DNA from: Malacoraja senta
Taxonomy: Eukaryota
Length of the DNA stretch: 64,000 nt
Assembly: GCA_038087875.1 (NCBI GenBank)
Contig: CM075988.1
Location: 3,224,001-3,288,000 of the forward strand
Direction of reading: 5' to 3'
Made by a program: the position numbers and the translations under genes. The notes beneath the pieces were generated by a model. It did not search any database and was not told where the DNA came from. It saw nothing but the letters and a program-made list of their open reading frames with translations. Positions 59,141-64,000 of this stretch are shown piece by piece. Positions within the stretch are counted from its first letter, which is position 1; each line of letters begins with the position of its first letter.

Positions 59141-61904
59141 TACAGGGATGATTGAGGGTTGGGAGATCAGTGTACAGAGAAAGGGAATGGAGCAGGGTGT
59201 CTGTGACGGGGTGGGGGTGGGACAGGGGACAGGGCAATGTGGGGTGGGCTTGTATTATTTGAAACTAGAGTATTCAACGTTCATACCATTGGGTAGTAAG
59301 CTACGCCCGTGGAATATGAAGTGCTGTTCCTCCAGTTTGTGTGTGGCCTCACTCGGGTGATGAGAGATTGGCAGAATCTCACTTTGGAGATTGACAGGTT
59401 CTTGATTAATATGGGCGTCTAGGGTTACGGGGAGAAGGCAGGAGAATGGGGTTGAGAGGGAAAGATAGATCAGTCATGATTGAATAGTGGAGTAGACTTG
59501 ATGGGCAGAATGGCCGAATTCTGCTCCTAGAACTTTTGAGCTTATGATGGAGGAGAAGTGGTCACCTACTCTTCACCTGGTCTCACTTTGTGCAAAGATC
59601 GGTTGCTAACTTTTAACTTCCCTTTACACTGCCATACCAATCTTTCTGACCTTGGTCTCCTCAATCCCCATTTCTTTGCAGCCTGACCTTCCTAAATGTT
59701 GAATATCTTCGCGAGGTTTGGTTGCCCTGAAACTATGCTTTGCTAATGGAAAAGGAGCAAATCAATTGTTCATTTTGTGCCACCGATTACTTCTCTTGTT
59801 GAGAATGCAATGAGTGTTCACGTACCTTTAATACCGTTAATTTTTCACATTATCCTGTAATTTAACTGCAGCCCATTGAGTGCAAGCAGCAGCGCCTCGC
59901 CCATGGCCCCATCGATCGGCAGGTCGGCCAGCTGTCCGACCATCAGACCTTCGCTTACCGCCAACACCACCACCCCTCCTTCTCATGGCCAATCATCGGT
60001 TCATGAGTTGGATGGGTAGCCGGACTTTGCGCGTGACATCGCGTGGGCCAAAATTCCTTAGCTGGCCCGCCGGCTGGGCTTTGTGTGTAGTCCATCACCC
60101 GGGCCAACTCATCATTCACCCAGCCACGCCTGAGACGGTCAACAAATTGCCGTCGGGAATTTGTTCCGTATTTTGACCTTTTGCCCCTTATTTGGGAGTG
60201 AGAAATTTGGCAACCCCAGATACAGTGTACTATGTTTACATATTACCTTGTGTTGCTGTGAGTAAGAATGGCATTGTTCTATCTGGGACATATGACAATG
60301 AAACACTCTTGACTTGACTACTTTTCAGACTTCCCTGCCCACTTTGTTTGTCAGTCTTTTCTGAAGAACATTTCAAATTCCCATGGTGGTGGGTGTTTGG
60401 AACAAGCTGCCGGAGGAGATAGTTGAGGCAGGTACTATAATGGCATTCAAAGGACATTTGGCCAGGTACATGGATAGAGATATATGGGTCAAACACAGGC
60501 AGGTGGGACTAGTGTAGGTGGGGCACCTTGGCCAGCATGGGCAAGCTGGGATGAAAGGCCTGTTTCCGTGCTGTGTGACTCTATGACTATGTCTCTTCTA
60601 GACACTGTGGCATAATAGTTTTTTTATTGTTAAAGAATGGGGAGTTGTCTTGCTATTTTGGCCAATATGTCTCCTTCCGTGATCACTGCCAACAAAAACT
60701 GTTCAGATGGATCGGTTCATTACTGTTTATGGCAATTTTGCAGTGCCTGAATTGGCTTCAGGTTTCTGTGCAAATTGTCACACTTAAAAAGTAATCCATT
60801 AACTCCAGAAAACATCACCTAGACAGGAAGACAGGGAAATTGCTAAGTATACACTTTATTAATACTCTTTTATTTGAACTAGATAAAAAAAACATTGGCA
60901 CCTGGTATTTCTCCAACACGTTTGATTGCTTTATACAATGCCAAGAACTTTCCATGACCAGACTGTGTTTACTAAAGACGAAAACCTTTCCTGTATCTGT
61001 GTGTCTTGATGGTTTGTCCAGAATTAGTGGTTTCTCTTGAACAATGGTATTTCTGCAGCATTGGGACCATGTTGGTTGTAAGGTTGTTCCACTGGACAAG
61101 TGAATGCAGGTTAAAGTTACCGTCTTTCTCAATTACAGGAGAAATATGAAACTAAAGTCATTTTTAAAAAAAGGTCATTGCAGCAAAGTTAAATATAAGG
61201 CATATAAACAATAACATTAATATTAGTTCAGAATAGGAGAAAATGTAAAATGGAAGGGCAGCACGGTGGCGCAGCGGTAGAATTGCTGCCTTACAACGCC
61301 AGAGACCTGGGTTCAATCCTGACTACGGGTGCTTGTCTATACAGAGTTTGTATGTTCTCCCCGTGACCTGCGTGATGTATGTTCCAGTTACAATTATTAC
61401 TGGAATATTAATGAATCAGGAGTGTCTCAAATGCCTCCAGAGAGATTCTGGCTAAACACCTTCCATTATGCTACACACTAATGGTAGTGCTCTAAGTTGA
61501 GGTCATACTTATAAGTATTTTCAGCTGTGGAGGTACATGGAATATGGAGAAAGTACCTTTTGATCAAATAACAAGGGGTCATTATGTAAGTTTTAGGAAC
61601 ATTTATGACCTAAAGCTTATTTGATCTTATATGCAAAGTTGCATGTTTAGACATAGTTTGAGACTACGGAATAGAACGTATGTCAATCGTTCGAGTGGTT
61701 TAAGTCAGTATCTTGTAATAGACTGGCTAATGTTATCTGAATCTGGTATTTACCAGAAATATTTGATTGGCAATCTACCTATGAGGTAGATTCAATATAG
61801 TTGAAGACACAAAAGTCATGTAAATCAATGATAATATAGAATGTATGTTGGATCGTGAGAAATTTAATAATATTATAGCACGATTGATGACTTGTTTGTA
61901 TCCA

Positions 61905-62784
61905 GATTTAACTCAATTTCAATTCAATTCAATTCAATTTATTTGTCTTTTGGACAAATTTGTCATTTGGACCCCTTGAGGTCCAAACGAAATGTCGTTT
62001 CTGCAGCCATACAATACAAAACGAAGAAGACCCGAGACACAACACAATTTACACATACATCCATCACAGCGCTGTGATGGAAGGCAAAAAAACGTATCTC
62101 TCCACTGCACTCCCCCCCGATGTCAGAGTCAAAGTCAAAGCCCCCGGCGGGCGATGGTGATTGTCCCGCAGCCATTAAAGCCACGCCGGGTGATGCAAGG
62201 TCGCGCACCGGGTCTTGGTGTTAGAGCCCCGGCGCGCACCCGCAAAGTTCGGTGGCCATTCCAAGCCGCGCGGGGGGATAAAGCCCCGCTCCAGGTGCTC
62301 TTCAACCCCGCAACTCGGGCGGGAGAAGTCGCTACTGCGGAAGCCCCGAAAAGCGGTCTCCCACCAGGGGACCCGCGGGCTTCCAGTGTTGCCGTCCGCC
62401 AGACCCGCGGTTGTAGCCTCCGAATCTCCGGCGGTCGGGTAGCTGCAGCGCTCCACCACAGCTCCACCCGCTCCGGACTCGGCCAGCCCCGCGACGGTGA
62501 GTAGTCCGCAGCTCCACGGGAGCCCCAGGTCGTTCCTGCTGGAGGCCGCACCACGTTGCCCAGCCCCAACGACAACGGAGACCCGACAAAGAAAAGGTCG
62601 GGTCTCCCGTGCAGCGGAAAGATTTCAAAGTTTCCCCACCCCACCCCCACCCCACCCCCACCCCCCACGCACACATACCCCGACAAAAAAAAGAATAAAA
62701 AACTACATAAAAACGAGACAAAAATAATAAAAAGACAGACGGACTGCAGAGGCCGCTGCAGACGAAAGTCGCGCCGCCCACCCA
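61905..62784 (-). mobile_element. GC-rich non-coding retroposon with stem-loop and (TTGAA)n tail (possibly a Rex1-dependent SINE-like element)
   Basis: The left end is a (CAATT)n/TTTATTTGTC tail next to stem-loop TTGGACC-CCTTGA-GGTCCAA. The body is CpG-rich with no tRNA A/B boxes or credible ORF. Confidence 0.5.
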
Positions 62785-63169
62785 AACACCAATTACTTAA
62801 CCACCAATTACCTAAATATATGTTATAAAGTCTGATACTGGGGCAGTAGTGGTGAATGTTTCTCGCTGCATTGGGGTAACATGTTTGTATACATTTTCCA
62901 TTTTTTCTCATTTAACAGTATATACAGAAGATCAAACAGGATTCCGTTTCGGGAGTATTGGTGGTACTAGATTGGATCTACAAAACCATGGTACCCTGAG
63001 GTGTTTAAAATGATCACAAAGCCTCTTATGATTTCCAAACAGAATTAATCTGTTTGTGCGCTCTATAACTGATGATTCACATCCTTTACATAATCATATT
63101 GGTTGCTGATTTACAGATTTTAAGGAGTGACATTTATCGGAAGAGGACTATCAGATTGTACTGTGGATA

Positions 63170-64000
63170 TAACCATATAACCATATAACAATTACAGCAT
63201 GGAAACAGGCCGTCTCGGCCCTTCAAGTCCATGCCGAACACTTTTTCTCCCCTAGTCCCATACAGAGTTTGTATGTTCTCCCCGTGACCTGCGTGAGTTT
63301 TCTCCAGGTGCTCGGGTTTCCTCCCACATTCCAAAGACGTACAGGTTTGTAGGCTAGTTGGCTTCGGTAAAATTGTACATTATTCTCCAGTATTAATGTG
63401 CGGGGATCGCTGGTCACCACGGACTCAGTGGGCTGAAGGGCCTGTTTCCGCACTGTATCTCAAAAGTAAACTGCAATGTAATCTAGGAAGTTTGGTGGTG
63501 ACAATTTGTAGAGAACTTCATGAGAGCTTTGTTCTACTTGAAGTAGACGGATCCCCAGATTCACAAAGATCTGCCTGAAATTTAGAAAGTACTGATCAAA
63601 CTTAACCATATAACCATTACATTACAGCACGGAAACAGGCCATCTCGACCCTTCAAGTCCGTGCCGAACACTTTATTTATTTATTTCCCCCCCTACTTTC
63701 TTCCCCCTAGTCCCATCTACCTGCACTCAGACCATAACCCTCCATTCCTTTCATAGAAACATAGAAACATAGAAAATAGGTGCAGGAGTAGGCCATTCGG
63801 CCCTTCGAGCCTGCACCGCCATTCAATATGATCATGGCTGATCATCCAACTCAGTATCCCGTACCTGCCTTCTCTCCATACCCCCTGATCCCTTTAGCCA
63901 CAAGGGCCACATCTAACTCCCTCTTAAATATAGCCAATGAACTGGCCTCAACTACCCTCTGTGGCAGAGAGTTCCAGAGATTCACCACTCTGTGTGAAAA
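63170..64000. mobile_element. Cluster of CR1 3' tails (63170-63258, 63603-63752, 63753-64000, all minus) and an HE1 SINE part (63260-63470, plus)
   Basis: (CCATATAA)n and (CATAGAAA)n tails with CR1 UTRs; SINE core and tail. Confidence 0.8.

Noticed and set aside
62919..62990. Exon with a strong acceptor ending at a Kozak-like ACCATG|G
   Set aside because: The donor GTACCC is weak and the peptide is unrecognisable; unsupported without RNA data.

Overview
This is eukaryotic, repeat-dominated DNA, not prokaryotic, so most of the ORF track is noise from low-complexity sequence or broken transposon proteins. The repeat set (tRNA-derived HE1/V-SINE-type SINEs sharing a 3' tail with CR1/HER1-type LINEs, Penelope-like GIY-YIG elements, L2, Rex1-like, Tc1 and MITE remnants) points to a cartilaginous fish, probably a skate or ray; that assignment is inference. 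I see no intact host protein-coding exon. A CpG island with plus-strand splice donors at about 9.4-10.05 kb, right after a 200-N gap, suggests a promoter/first exon followed by a very long first intron. There are four main observations. (1) A ~430-bp internally deleted Vingi/Ingi-like retroposon (3527-3953) has a 5' end that folds into an HDV-like ribozyme, and its boundary matches a target-site duplication. (2) More than 25 copies, counted by eye, of a short Penelope-derived repeat carry a minimal hammerhead-ribozyme core; many are inverted pairs or are flanked by 10-19 bp duplications. (3) Non-autonomous Helitrons are present, including a clean A|T insertion (4928-5913) and a 6.9-kb array with a head-to-tail CTAG|TC junction that amplified a captured hammerhead cassette four times. 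(4) A nested insertion stack at 38-42 kb allows the families to be dated relative to one another. These element classes are known in general, so any novelty is at family or lineage level and needs database checks. Repeat boundaries are read by eye and are approximate unless termini are quoted.
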